From Candidatus Dormiibacterota bacterium (GTDB lineage Bacteria; Chloroflexota; Dormibacteria; Aeolococcales; Aeolococcaceae): 64,000 bases of DNA. Positions 35,620 through 44,688 of this stretch are shown piece after piece. The position numbers were made by a program, and so were the translations under genes. A model generated the notes under the pieces. That model was not told where the DNA came from and did not search any database. It saw only the letters and a program-made list of their open reading frames with translations. Position 1 is the first letter of the stretch, and each line of letters starts with the position of its first letter. The DNA is taken from the NCBI GenBank assembly GCA_963709585.1, contig CAVPXI010000007.1:1-64000 (forward strand), read 5' to 3'.

Positions 35620-37536
35620 CTAGGCGGCCCGGCCCTCGGCCTGGAGACGCAGGGCCTCATCGAGGCGGTCCTGAAGCTGATCGCACAGCGCTCGAACCCG
35701 AGGATCGATCTCGAGTTGACGCTGCCCACTCGGAGCGCGGGGCGCGATGTGCTCGATGAGCTCTGGCCGGAACGGGAAGCCGAGAAACTGGCAGATGGAC
35801 TGCATCGCGCTTGATGGCGACGCCAGCACATGCTGGTAGGAGGTGAGCAGGATGTCATCGCGACGATCGAGTCCCAGCTCAAAGTAGAGACCGTTGCGCG
35901 TCCACCAGAACAGGGCCGCCGCCGTCTCCGGGGACATCGTCGCGTAGTCAAAGCTGCGCAACTGCTCGAGCGTGGCGTCGGAGAGTCCCTGAGCCTGCCA
36001 CATCCCGGGTTGCCTGCCTGCCGCGATGTCACCGAGAACGAGCAGATTGTTGCGCCCGAATTTCGACACTGCGGACCGAGCCCGGCCGTCGACATCGCGG
36101 TACGCCCAGATCGCGCGACCCGGACTTGGGGTCGCGATCGAGTCCAGAAGGTGCGTGACGCGATGAGAATCGCAGAGCGGCTTGAAGAGGACGAATTGAT
36201 GCCTGCTCGCGGTCACGATGCGCCGTATCGCAGCGTCGTCCCGGAGCATGTAGCGATCGAACGCGGCGCGATCGTTCTCGTTGTGGATCTCGAACTCGGG
36301 CGCGGTGTCGAGGCCGCGCGCGAGCATGTTCGTTCCCGACCGCTGCAGACCAACCAGGTAGACCGGGATGGCGGATCCAGGGATATGCGGATGTGATCTC
36401 CGCCACCGCCATTTTGCTGACGCCACCTGCACCCGGGTCAAGGGGTTGAGTTGATCCTCCTCGACCACGCGGGCAAGGCCCTCGGTCCGGATCCAGCGAA
36501 CGTGTCTGCGCACGCGGCGTGCGGTCCGGGCGGCCGCGCCCTCTCCGAGCGCAGCCCGATCAAAGATCGTCTCGGACGCCGGCGTGGGCGTGATCTGCGA
36601 GCGCAGCGTGTACCCGTAATGCAGGAGAAGGGGCAGCGTGAGAGCGCCGACCAGACGTTGATCGCGCCGCGGCATCGCGGTGCGCCAACGATCGTCCGGG
36701 CGGAGATGTATCGAGCCATGACGAAGGCGGTCCGGATTCCCCGCAACACTGTGGTTGAGCGAGGTGACCGCCCCGCCGCCGGCGACCAATGGCAGGCTGG
36801 CGTCCTCCATTTCCACCATCGAGAGGATTCGGCGGAGCGACGCCTCTGGATGCGCGATGAAGTCCTCGTAGCGGACTCGGACGTATCGATCCGGAGGGCC
36901 GCCGAAGAGCAGGCCGCCCGCCACATTCCAGAGATCCCACAAGACCGCGCTCTTGGCCGGTCCGATCTGCTCCATATGGGACCGGGAAGCTCCATCGGTC
37001 AGAGGTTTGCGGCTCGACCACGAGTGTGCGGCACCCCGCGGATCCCTGATCAGGTGGACGACGCGAAGGTCGATGTCAGGGGTCGCCGCCAGCACGTTTG
37101 CGTATGCAGGAAGCTTTGACGAGTCGATGATGACCCGGCTTCCGGTCACGTGTGCCATGGCTGCGTAGACATCGCCGAGCGCGGCCCGGTCACGCACGCC
37201 CGAGAGGGATCGCGCCGGGTCGAGCTCGGGTCGCAGGCTGCCGACCAGGATCGCGGGGAGGTTGCGAATCCTGCCAGTGCGCGCGAGCAGGGAGACGACG
37301 CCCTCGATGCGGTCGGGATTGTCGAGATGGCCGGATTCTGCGAGCACACGCTTCCATACGGGGCACTCGCGCACGGGCACGCCGCAGCCGCAGAGACGGC
37401 GCTCGGCGAGACCGCGCTGCCACAGGTAGCGGACTTCGCCGGCCGCAAAGCAACCCTCGACCTCGCCGAGAAGGCTGGCAAGGAGCGTGCTACCGCTCCG
37501 GCCGGTCCCGGCGATGTAGATGACTGACGTAGACAT
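35620..37536 (-). CDS. tandem two-domain sulfotransferase
   Basis: Domain 1: GTGRSGST, LCGCG, DSSK, IRDPRG..S; domain 2: GLQRSGTN, FKPLCDS, YRD....S; one continuous frame. Confidence 0.87.
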   Translation of the reverse strand: MSTSVIYIAGTGRSGSTLLASLLGEVEGCFAAGEVRYLWQRGLAERRLCGCGVPVRECPVWKRVLAESGHLDNPDRIEGVVSLLARTGRIRNLPAILVGSLRPELDPARSLSGVRDRAALGDVYAAMAHVTGSRVIIDSSKLPAYANVLAATPDIDLRVVHLIRDPRGAAHSWSSRKPLTDGASRSHMEQIGPAKSAVLWDLWNVAGGLLFGGPPDRYVRVRYEDFIAHPEASLRRILSMVEMEDASLPLVAGGGAVTSLNHSVAGNPDRLRHGSIHLRPDDRWRTAMPRRDQRLVGALTLPLLLHYGYTLRSQITPTPASETIFDRAALGEGAAARTARRVRRHVRWIRTEGLARVVEEDQLNPLTRVQVASAKWRWRRSHPHIPGSAIPVYLVGLQRSGTNMLARGLDTAPEFEIHNENDRAAFDRYMLRDDAAIRRIVTASRHQFVLFKPLCDSHRVTHLLDSIATPSPGRAIWAYRDVDGRARSAVSKFGRNNLLVLGDIAAGRQPGMWQAQGLSDATLEQLRSFDYATMSPETAAALFWWTRNGLYFELGLDRRDDILLTSYQHVLASPSSAMQSICQFLGFPFRPELIEHIAPRAPSGQRQLEIDPRVRALCDQLQDRLDEALRLQAEGRAA

Positions 37537-37580
37537 CGGTTTAGCGCGTCCCGCCGCCGCCAACGTATGGCGGCATCACG

Positions 37581-38984
37581 CTACCGGCTCGGAACGGCCT
37601 GCTGAGGGTCGGCCTCAGGATCGACCACTGCCGCACGGTCGGCGTGGCCGTTCCCGTTCGCATGGCCGTTCCCGTTGGCGCGCCCGTTGCCATTGGCATG
37701 GGCGTTCCCGTTGGCATGGGCGTTCCCGTTGGCATGGGCGTTCCCGTTGGCATGACCGTTCCCGTTGCCATTGCCGTTGCCGTTCGCGTGGCCGTTGCCA
37801 TTCCCAAACGGCGTTGTGGCTGGGGCCACGGCCGCAGCCGCGGGGCGGGCAAACGTCGCTGCGGGAGTCGCTGCAGGGCTCGGGCGCCACGGGTCTCGAG
37901 GCGCCACCGGCGCCACAGGGGCCAAGGGGGCCACCGCCGCCGCCGTATGCGCTGCAGATACGGGTTCTGCAACGGTGGCCGGTGTTGCGGCAACGCCAGT
38001 ACGCGGTACCAGCTGCGGATCCCAGGCGAAGGCTCCCTGCGCGAGCTCGGGCTTGGCGACCGAGCTTCGGTTCGATCGCATCAACTCGAGGACGAGGATG
38101 AGGCCCAACATCATCAGAAGGCCGAGAGCGAACGCGATCCCGACGAACTTGATGGTGTTCGAGAGCTTCGACAGGCGACCGACGTCGTAGGCACTGACTG
38201 TGGCCGCGTTCCCGTCGGTGGCGATGAGCGCCTGGGCGTCAACGACTTCCTGGGTGGCGTGGTCGTTCGCGCTGATCGCGGCAGCCCTGGCATTCGAAAG
38301 GTCCTGAAACTGGGACACCTCATTGCCATACAGGGTCACCAGCTTCTCATCGTTCGCGATGAGCACGAGAGCGCCGTTTTCGGCTCTCACGTCGCCGGCT
38401 GCTTTGGCCCGTGCGTAGATGGCTTGTTCGATAAGGAGCTGCGACTGCGCGGTGTTGTACGCGCTCTGTGGCGATGTGGTCCCGTTCGTCGCGACCCAGT
38501 TGGTGATGTTGGTGTTCGCCAAGTTGAGCAGCGTCGTAGCGTTCTTCTGTGCGGCCAACGCATCTGCGAGGCGTGGCTGGGCGATCGCATTCATCGCATC
38601 CACCGTGGCTTCGCGCACCGCCCCCACGAGGTTCTGACCGTGCTTACCCTGCAAGGTCACGTGAATGATGTTGCTTCCGGCTGTGATCGTGCTGGCACTG
38701 AGGCCGGCGGCGAGATCACTGATCGGGATCTGGTATTTCTGAGAGACCTCCGTCAGGACCGGCTGGGACACAAGGACGTCCTTGAAACCGGCGACGTACT
38801 GGGTTGCGGCGCTGGAGGACGAGCCGTTCCCGCTGATGGCCGGCACCACGACAGTCGCGTCCGCCTCGTAGATCGAGGGCTGCAACTCCATGAAGCCCCC
38901 GGTGAGCAGTGCCGCGGCGATTGGCACGGCGATGACCAACCATAGAATGCGCCGGATTGCGCGTAGGTAGTCGCGAATCTCCAT
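37581..38984 (-). CDS. Wzz/polysaccharide co-polymerase with low-complexity tail
   Basis: MEIRDYLRAIRR.LWLV, P.YEA.AT, helical middle, second TM, A/P-rich and NGNGHA tail. Confidence 0.82.
   Translation of the reverse strand: MEIRDYLRAIRRILWLVIAVPIAAALLTGGFMELQPSIYEADATVVVPAISGNGSSSSAATQYVAGFKDVLVSQPVLTEVSQKYQIPISDLAAGLSASTITAGSNIIHVTLQGKHGQNLVGAVREATVDAMNAIAQPRLADALAAQKNATTLLNLANTNITNWVATNGTTSPQSAYNTAQSQLLIEQAIYARAKAAGDVRAENGALVLIANDEKLVTLYGNEVSQFQDLSNARAAAISANDHATQEVVDAQALIATDGNAATVSAYDVGRLSKLSNTIKFVGIAFALGLLMMLGLILVLELMRSNRSSVAKPELAQGAFAWDPQLVPRTGVAATPATVAEPVSAAHTAAAVAPLAPVAPVAPRDPWRPSPAATPAATFARPAAAAVAPATTPFGNGNGHANGNGNGNGNGHANGNAHANGNAHANGNAHANGNGRANGNGHANGNGHADRAAVVDPEADPQQAVPSR
37643..37806. 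repeat. 18-bp coding minisatellite (NGN[A/G]HA)n
   Basis: TTGGCATGGGCGTTCCCG three exact tandem copies plus degenerate flanking units. Confidence 0.9.
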
Positions 38985-39010
38985 GACCTGTTCAGACCCC
39001 CTTCAAGATT

Positions 39011-39811
39011 TCAGACATCGACGCCGCGACGGCGGACGCCACGCACAAGCATACCGGCACCAGCGATGAGAAGAACAACGCCCAACGTGAGCCACCCACC
39101 ACCGGCGCCCGTCGAGGGTGTGGAGGTGGTGATCCCCAGAACGCCTCCAACAGGTGTGGGGGTGCTTGTCGCGTCACCCACGCCACCAGTCGGTGTTGGG
39201 GTCGGCGTGGCACCGCCCACGCCACCGGTCGGTGACGGCGTCGGCGTCGGTGCCGCAGTGCAGCCGAGGACACGGATGAAGCCCGATGCGAGTGTTGCGC
39301 GATCTCTGCCGGGCACACCCTTCCACGGGGCCCAGACGTCCAGCTGGAAATAGCCACACGTGTCGAATGCGTAGGTCAACGAGATCGTCTGGCTGGCGTT
39401 CGGAGCCCAGGTCTCGCTAAACGCCTGCGTACCGGGGATCAGCGCTTGTGTGGTCCCGGTTGGACCATTGAAGGTGATCCCGGGTTGCCCGGGCTGACCG
39501 TCAGCGACATTTGTGCCGTTGTACGTGAGGATGTGATGAGCAGAAAAGTTGAGCGCAACGGTATGTGCCTGGCTGGTGAGGTTCTTCGTGGCGACGTCGA
39601 AGTTGATCATCACCGGCCCACCCGAGATGTCGTACGACGCCGGACTGCTCATGAACCCTGTCGGAGCAGCGGCGGACACGATGCCTTCGAAGTCGGGGTT
39701 CCCGGCCGCCATCACCGCCTGCGACGTCAATAGAGCTGCGCCGATTGTCACTGTTCCGGCCAGCCCGCACAGGCCACCCAATCGCTTCAACATGACTCCC
39801 TTCCTATCCAT
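39011..39811 (-). CDS. secreted protein with sortase-like C-terminal sorting signal
   Basis: Signal peptide, beta-rich domain, PTGGVG/TP repeats, TPSTG + TM + RGVRRR. Confidence 0.75.
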   Translation of the reverse strand: MDRKGVMLKRLGGLCGLAGTVTIGAALLTSQAVMAAGNPDFEGIVSAAAPTGFMSSPASYDISGGPVMINFDVATKNLTSQAHTVALNFSAHHILTYNGTNVADGQPGQPGITFNGPTGTTQALIPGTQAFSETWAPNASQTISLTYAFDTCGYFQLDVWAPWKGVPGRDRATLASGFIRVLGCTAAPTPTPSPTGGVGGATPTPTPTGGVGDATSTPTPVGGVLGITTSTPSTGAGGGWLTLGVVLLIAGAGMLVRGVRRRGVDV

Positions 39812-39904
39812 GATCCTCCCCTCTCCGCGATGCTGCTCGCTCTGCGCGAGCGTCCTCAACCTCATGCATGAACATTATTCATCAATTCGGAAGAAGGGCA
39901 AGAA

Positions 39905-40817
39905 TCAATTCGCCAGCAGGGCATTGATCGCAGCGACGTCGGCCTTGGCCTCGAAGAGCTTGCCCGAGGGCGAGCGCAAGGAGACAAGCGCGTTACGAAC
40001 CGCAGTGACCGTCGCCTTGTTGGCTGGGAACCCGCTCGGGCTGAGGCTCATGACCGCCGCGACCGCTGACTCCACAACCTGCCTTGCGGCGGCGATCGAA
40101 GCCGATAGATCGGCGAGTCTGGCGACCTCAAGGCTGTGATTCGGGTTGCTGCCGGCCACGCCCGCGACGGCGGACTGGAGCTGCTGATACCGAGTTGCGA
40201 GGTCGTTGAGCTCACGCAGCTCCCCGCCACCGGCGATGGCCAGGTGCGTCATGGGCAGGATCAGGCCGGCAACGCGAGTTCGACGGACCGATGCTGGTGA
40301 CATCGCTCCGGAGCACGTCGGGAAGCGAATCGTTCACGATGCTCGAGCCGAGCCCAGCGAGCTGGGCGTTGACGCCGTAGAGCATGGACAGGAGCGTCGC
40401 CGAAAGGCTGCTGCCGGAAAGCGTGACGCTGTTCAGGAACGTGTCGGCCCGGACATCCGCGATCAGCGTGTTGACATACCCCTGGCGCTTGGCGATCTCT
40501 TTTGCCCCTGTCGTCTGGAGGCTGGTGAAAGCCTCGGAGCGAATCAGGGCGGTGACGCTGGTCAGCGCATTGATCTCGACTTGGACGCCGGCGGGTGCAC
40601 CGTCGCTCTGGACGGCGTTCGCCGCAGCCAGCTCAGCCTGGACGGCCTGGTCGATAGCGCTGTCGATGGTGTTGCCGGCCTGGGTGTACGAGGGAGGTGC
40701 GCTGGCCGGGATCCCGACCACGGCATTGCCGGCGACAGCCGAACAGCCGGCCAAGAGGAACCCGATTGCGGCCGCGCTTGCGATCAGCGACGATGATCTC
40801 GCCACAGGTCGTTCCAT
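39905..40817 (-). CDS. helical lipoprotein of unknown function, frameshift near 40280
   Basis: Lipobox LAGC; ORF 40212-40907 continues into ORF 39905-40303 if one A is removed (SIGPS/TRVAGLILP). Confidence 0.7.
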
Positions 40818-41164
40818 GTCCCAACCACCCCCACGTGTTATCCCGGAGAAGTGTCCCCGACGGCTGCGCGTCGCCCTTCCGAGATTGGATCTGTCCGAAC
40901 GCATCATGACGTAGTGTGCCGTGTTTTGTCAAAAGTTTGGAGTTCATCTGCGCCCTCACGGGAGGGCATGAGAGCCACCGCTCGGCCCGAGGCCACGAAG
41001 CCCCGACGGCCGCGGGCGGAATCGCGTCAAGCGAACGGATAGCGTCATTTGATTTTCGCGGCTGGCAGCCGTACACTCAGCCGAAGGAACGGGTCCGGGA
41101 GCGCTGGCGGGCACCCAAGTCGCCGTTGGCGGCAGCGCTTCGTATCGACAGGGGGAAACGGGTC

Positions 41165-42691
41165 GTGGAACTTGCTGAGGATGCACACCTAGGTTCAAAG
41201 CTGTCGCCGGACACGAGCTGGGCTCCGCCGGCGGACCTCGAATTGGTCGGGGAGGCGCAGAGCAGGCGCCTGGGAGCCGCCCCATCGGCTCCCGCCGAAC
41301 ATATCTCGCGACAGAGCAACTGGCCGATGGTGCTCGCCATCGCCACGTTCGCGGTCGATGTGATAGCGGTCATCGCCGGGTACGACCTCGCGAGGGCCAT
41401 TCTCGACACGACTACGACTCAGATCTTCCGTCCGTTCGTCTTCGCGACGGTTGCGATCTGGCCCGTTGTCTTTGCGATCTACGGCCTGTACGACCTCCGC
41501 CGGCCGACGCACATTGCCGCCGAGCTTCGACAACTCTTCAACGCGGTCGTGATGTCCGTGCTCCTCGTGGTGCTGGTGACCTTTGCGGCTCAAACCGAGC
41601 CTCGCCGCTCTTTCATCCCGGTCCTCCTGGTGACATGCCTTCTGACAGTCACAGCCGGGAGAATCTCCATCCGGCGGCTCACTCACGGCCTGAACAGTCG
41701 CGCGATCACGAGCCAGGTGACGCTGATCGCCGGGACGAACGACGAGGCGCGAGCACTGGCTCGGACGCTGCAGCGACGCCCGTGGATGGGCTACCACGTC
41801 TGTGGCTTCGTCGAAGTGACCGGGTCCGGCCTGGCCGTCATGGACGGGATCCCTGTTCTGGGTACCGTGGAGGACATCACCGAGATCACCGAGACGCATA
41901 AGGTCGGCGCCGTGATCATCGCGGGGAGCGCGGTCGGCGGCGCCACTCTTCAACTCATCGATTCGGCTCTCTCCGCGGATGTGAGCGTTCGCGTTTCGCC
42001 CGGACTTCCCAACCTCGGTGCGGCGAGAGTCATTCTCGAGCCGCTCGACGGCATGGCGCTTTTCTCCCTTCGGCGGCACCGGTTCTCGCGTCGTCAGCGA
42101 GTCCAGAAACGGTGCCTCGATCTCGTCGTGACCTCACTTGCGCTCGTCGTCGGCGCCCCGCTGATGCTCGGCATCGCCGTGATGGTTCGACTGAGCAGTC
42201 CCGGTCCGATTCTGTTCCGGCAGAAGAGGGTCGGCGAACAGGAACGGGGCTTCACGATGTTCAAGTTCCGGACCATGGTCAGAAACGCAGACTCGCAACG
42301 CGATGAACTCGCGGAAAAGAACGAGGCCGACGGTCTGCTGTTCAAGATGCGCAATGATCCGCGGGTGACCAAGGTGGGACGCGTTCTGCGTCGCACCTCG
42401 ATGGACGAACTGCCGCAGCTGTTCAATGTTCTGCGCGGCGAGATGAGCCTCGTCGGCCCAAGGCCTGCTCTGCCCGAGGAGACCACGCGTTACGCCGAGC
42501 TGCAACGTGGACGGTTGCGCGTCAAGCCGGGTGTGACCGGGCTCTGGCAGGTGAATGGCCGCCACGATCTCGCGTTCGAGGACTACGTGCGTTACGACCT
42601 CTTCTACGTCGAGAACTGGTCGCTGACGATGGACCTCTACATCCTCGCCAAGACGATTCCTGCGTTGCTCACCGCTCGCGGCTCGTACTGA
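41165..42691 (+). CDS. priming polyprenyl glycosylphosphotransferase (WcaJ/CpsE/WbaP type)
   Basis: TM + Rossmann domains + KR.LD, FKFRTM, DPRVTKVG, DELPQL.NVLRGEMSLVGPRP, KPGVTGLWQV; start estimated. Confidence 0.93.
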   Translation: MELAEDAHLGSKLSPDTSWAPPADLELVGEAQSRRLGAAPSAPAEHISRQSNWPMVLAIATFAVDVIAVIAGYDLARAILDTTTTQIFRPFVFATVAIWPVVFAIYGLYDLRRPTHIAAELRQLFNAVVMSVLLVVLVTFAAQTEPRRSFIPVLLVTCLLTVTAGRISIRRLTHGLNSRAITSQVTLIAGTNDEARALARTLQRRPWMGYHVCGFVEVTGSGLAVMDGIPVLGTVEDITEITETHKVGAVIIAGSAVGGATLQLIDSALSADVSVRVSPGLPNLGAARVILEPLDGMALFSLRRHRFSRRQRVQKRCLDLVVTSLALVVGAPLMLGIAVMVRLSSPGPILFRQKRVGEQERGFTMFKFRTMVRNADSQRDELAEKNEADGLLFKMRNDPRVTKVGRVLRRTSMDELPQLFNVLRGEMSLVGPRPALPEETTRYAELQRGRLRVKPGVTGLWQVNGRHDLAFEDYVRYDLFYVENWSLTMDLYILAKTIPALLTARGSY

Positions 42692-42731
42692 TCCGCGCCC
42701 CCGAGCAGGGGATTCCGGCCACTCGCCCGAT

Positions 42732-43094
42732 GTGAATACGATCCACCTCGACCCCGAGGGCCTCGAAGAGGCAGCGAACCCGGACCCGCCGCCAGTGCTG
42801 GTTGGGAAGCGGACCGGCCCTTTCAAGATCGCCGGGTTCGTTCTCCTCTTTCTGGTTCTTTCGCTCCTTGCAGTCGCGGTCTTCCTGGGTATCACCATCG
42901 GCGTCACGATCCTTGTGACGTTGCTCCTGCCGAAGGCCGGCCTTCTCAACCTGATCGCCCCGGTCGTCGGTGTCGGCGTGGCCGGCCTGTGCTTCGGCGC
43001 CGCCTCGCGGTTCCGCAAGGGGATGTTCAAGAACCGCTACGGCCTGTTCCACCGCCCACCGCGAGATCCGGGAAAGCGGCCGGCCGGGCGCTAG
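42732..43094 (+). CDS. small membrane protein
   Basis: Two hydrophobic segments, basic tail, fills the gap after the transferase. Confidence 0.6.
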   Translation: MNTIHLDPEGLEEAANPDPPPVLVGKRTGPFKIAGFVLLFLVLSLLAVAVFLGITIGVTILVTLLLPKAGLLNLIAPVVGVGVAGLCFGAASRFRKGMFKNRYGLFHRPPRDPGKRPAGR

Positions 43095-43108
43095 CAATCT
43101 CCACCCAG

Positions 43109-43149
43109 GACGGCAGCGGCGCGGCCCCGGAGGGCCGCGCGCCGCCGTC
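43109..43149. terminator. GC-rich hairpin between convergent genes
   Basis: GACGGC..GCGCGGCCC-CGGA-GGGCCGCGC..GCCGTC; no U tract. Confidence 0.55.
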
Positions 43150-43163
43150 ACCGGTTACCGCCA

Positions 43164-43790
43164 TCAGACGGGCAATACGGTCCTCTTGAAGTTGGCATTC
43201 GTGACAAACGCGAACGAGCAATAGATCGCCGCGACCGCTGTGAGCAGGGCAAGGATGCCGGAGATCTGGTTCCAGCCCGCGCTCGGCAGGCTCTTGCCCC
43301 AGAAGGCAATCGCCAGCGTGATGAACGTGAGAGCGAGAAGGAAGAACACCAGCGACACCCCACGCGAAGCCCCACCCAGCGAGGCGACGAACATGTAGGC
43401 CGTGAAGATGCCCCATGCAAGTGCATACAGGCCGAGGATGGGAGTCGGGTCCTTGGGAAGACCCGGCGCGAACGTTGTGTTGATCAGCACGAAGCTGATC
43501 CAGAACAACCCGTAACTCGTGAATGCGGTTGCCCCGAATGTGTTACCGACCTTGAACTCCCACATGCCGGCCAGGATCTGTCCGACCCCACCGAAAGCGA
43601 TGGCCATTGCCAGGACAACGACCGCCGAGCCGGCAGTCGGTCCCGGAGCCGCGGTGATGAAGCCCGCGTTGATGGCCCCGAGCAAGAGCGTCGTCATGCC
43701 GAATCCGATCAGCCCGAGAGGAGCTGGGTTTGCGACCGGTGCCACCGTCTCAGCAATCCCTGAGGAGACGGGTGAAGCTGCGGTTGCCAT
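43164..43790 (-). CDS. satP: acetate uptake transporter (SatP/GPR1/FUN34/YaaH)
   Basis: ANPAPLGL signature, GNTFGATAFTSYGLFW; next to acs. Confidence 0.92.
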   Translation of the reverse strand: MATAASPVSSGIAETVAPVANPAPLGLIGFGMTTLLLGAINAGFITAAPGPTAGSAVVVLAMAIAFGGVGQILAGMWEFKVGNTFGATAFTSYGLFWISFVLINTTFAPGLPKDPTPILGLYALAWGIFTAYMFVASLGGASRGVSLVFFLLALTFITLAIAFWGKSLPSAGWNQISGILALLTAVAAIYCSFAFVTNANFKRTVLPV

Positions 43791-43873
43791 AGGTTTGTAG
43801 CCCTCCAATGAGTCCGGAGCGAGTCGCACTCCGGCGCGTGTTCGAAATCGAACTGTCCCCCATCGCGACGGAT

Positions 43874-44446
43874 CTACTGTTCTTTGGCTTCCTCCTCCGT
43901 GGCGCGGCGCTGGAGATCCGCGACGATGCTCGAATCTGCGAGCGTCGTGGTATCGCCGAGCTTGCGGTTCTCGGCGATGTCGCGGAGCAGGCGGCGCATG
44001 ATCTTTCCGCTTCTGGTTTTGGGCAGATCTGGCGTGAACGCGATCCATTTCGGCTTTGCGATCGGTCCGATCAACTTTGCGACGTGGTCGCGCAACTCGG
44101 CGATCAGCTCGGTCGATTCCTCGAAGCCGGATTGCACCGTCACGAAGGCCGAGATCGCCTGTCCGGTTTCGGGATCGCTCTTGGCCACCACTGCGGCTTC
44201 GGCAACCGCCGGGTGATCGACCAGGGCGGACTCGACCTCGGCGGTGGAGATGCGGTGCCCGGCGACGTTCATGACGTCATCGACGTACTTCCTCGCCTGC
44301 TCCGCCCAGAAGCCTTCGTTGTCAGCCTCGGCGGCCTCGAAGAGACTCTGGTCGGTGACCCTCGCCCTGGACAGGAACTCCGCGCTCGGTGCGAACGTGC
44401 GCCGCTCGTCGAGCAAGGTGTCGATGGTCTTGGCCCGCTCGCTCAT
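43874..44446 (-). pseudogene. acs: acetyl-CoA synthetase with large in-frame internal deletion
   Basis: N-terminus ([19 protein letters not shown]) joined directly to C-terminus ([19 protein letters not shown]...[24 protein letters not shown]); 190 aa versus about 650 for Acs. Confidence 0.88.
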
Positions 44447-44635
44447 CGCGACCTCCTGGAGGGCGTCTGACGAAATTGGTTGCCGCGCATTAATTGCACT
44501 AGTGCGGCAGCTTAGGCAAGCACTTCCGGTTCCTCAGCGTCGACTGACTTGACTCCGCTGCGTCCCGCCCGCTGGTTGGCCGGCCGACCCAAGGCACACG
44601 CATAACCCCGCCCTTGGGGCCGCTGGTCACGGCTC

Positions 44636-44663
44636 TCACAGCGGACTCTGAGCTTCCGCCCAG
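44636..44663 (+). promoter_or_regulatory. OmpR/PhoB-type direct-repeat boxes
   Basis: TCACAG 44636, TCTGAG 44647, GCCCAG 44658, 11-bp period. Confidence 0.5.
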
Positions 44664-44688
44664 ATCGCCATGAGCCGTCCACGGCACC

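Noticed and set aside
37643-37806. Tandem repeat as a CRISPR array
   Set aside because: No unique spacers; in-frame coding minisatellite.
44480-44510. Palindromic AT-rich element upstream of acs (TGCCGC...GCATTAATTGC...GCGGCA)
   Set aside because: Plausible operator or promoter, but a single instance with no regulator nearby; too weak to call.
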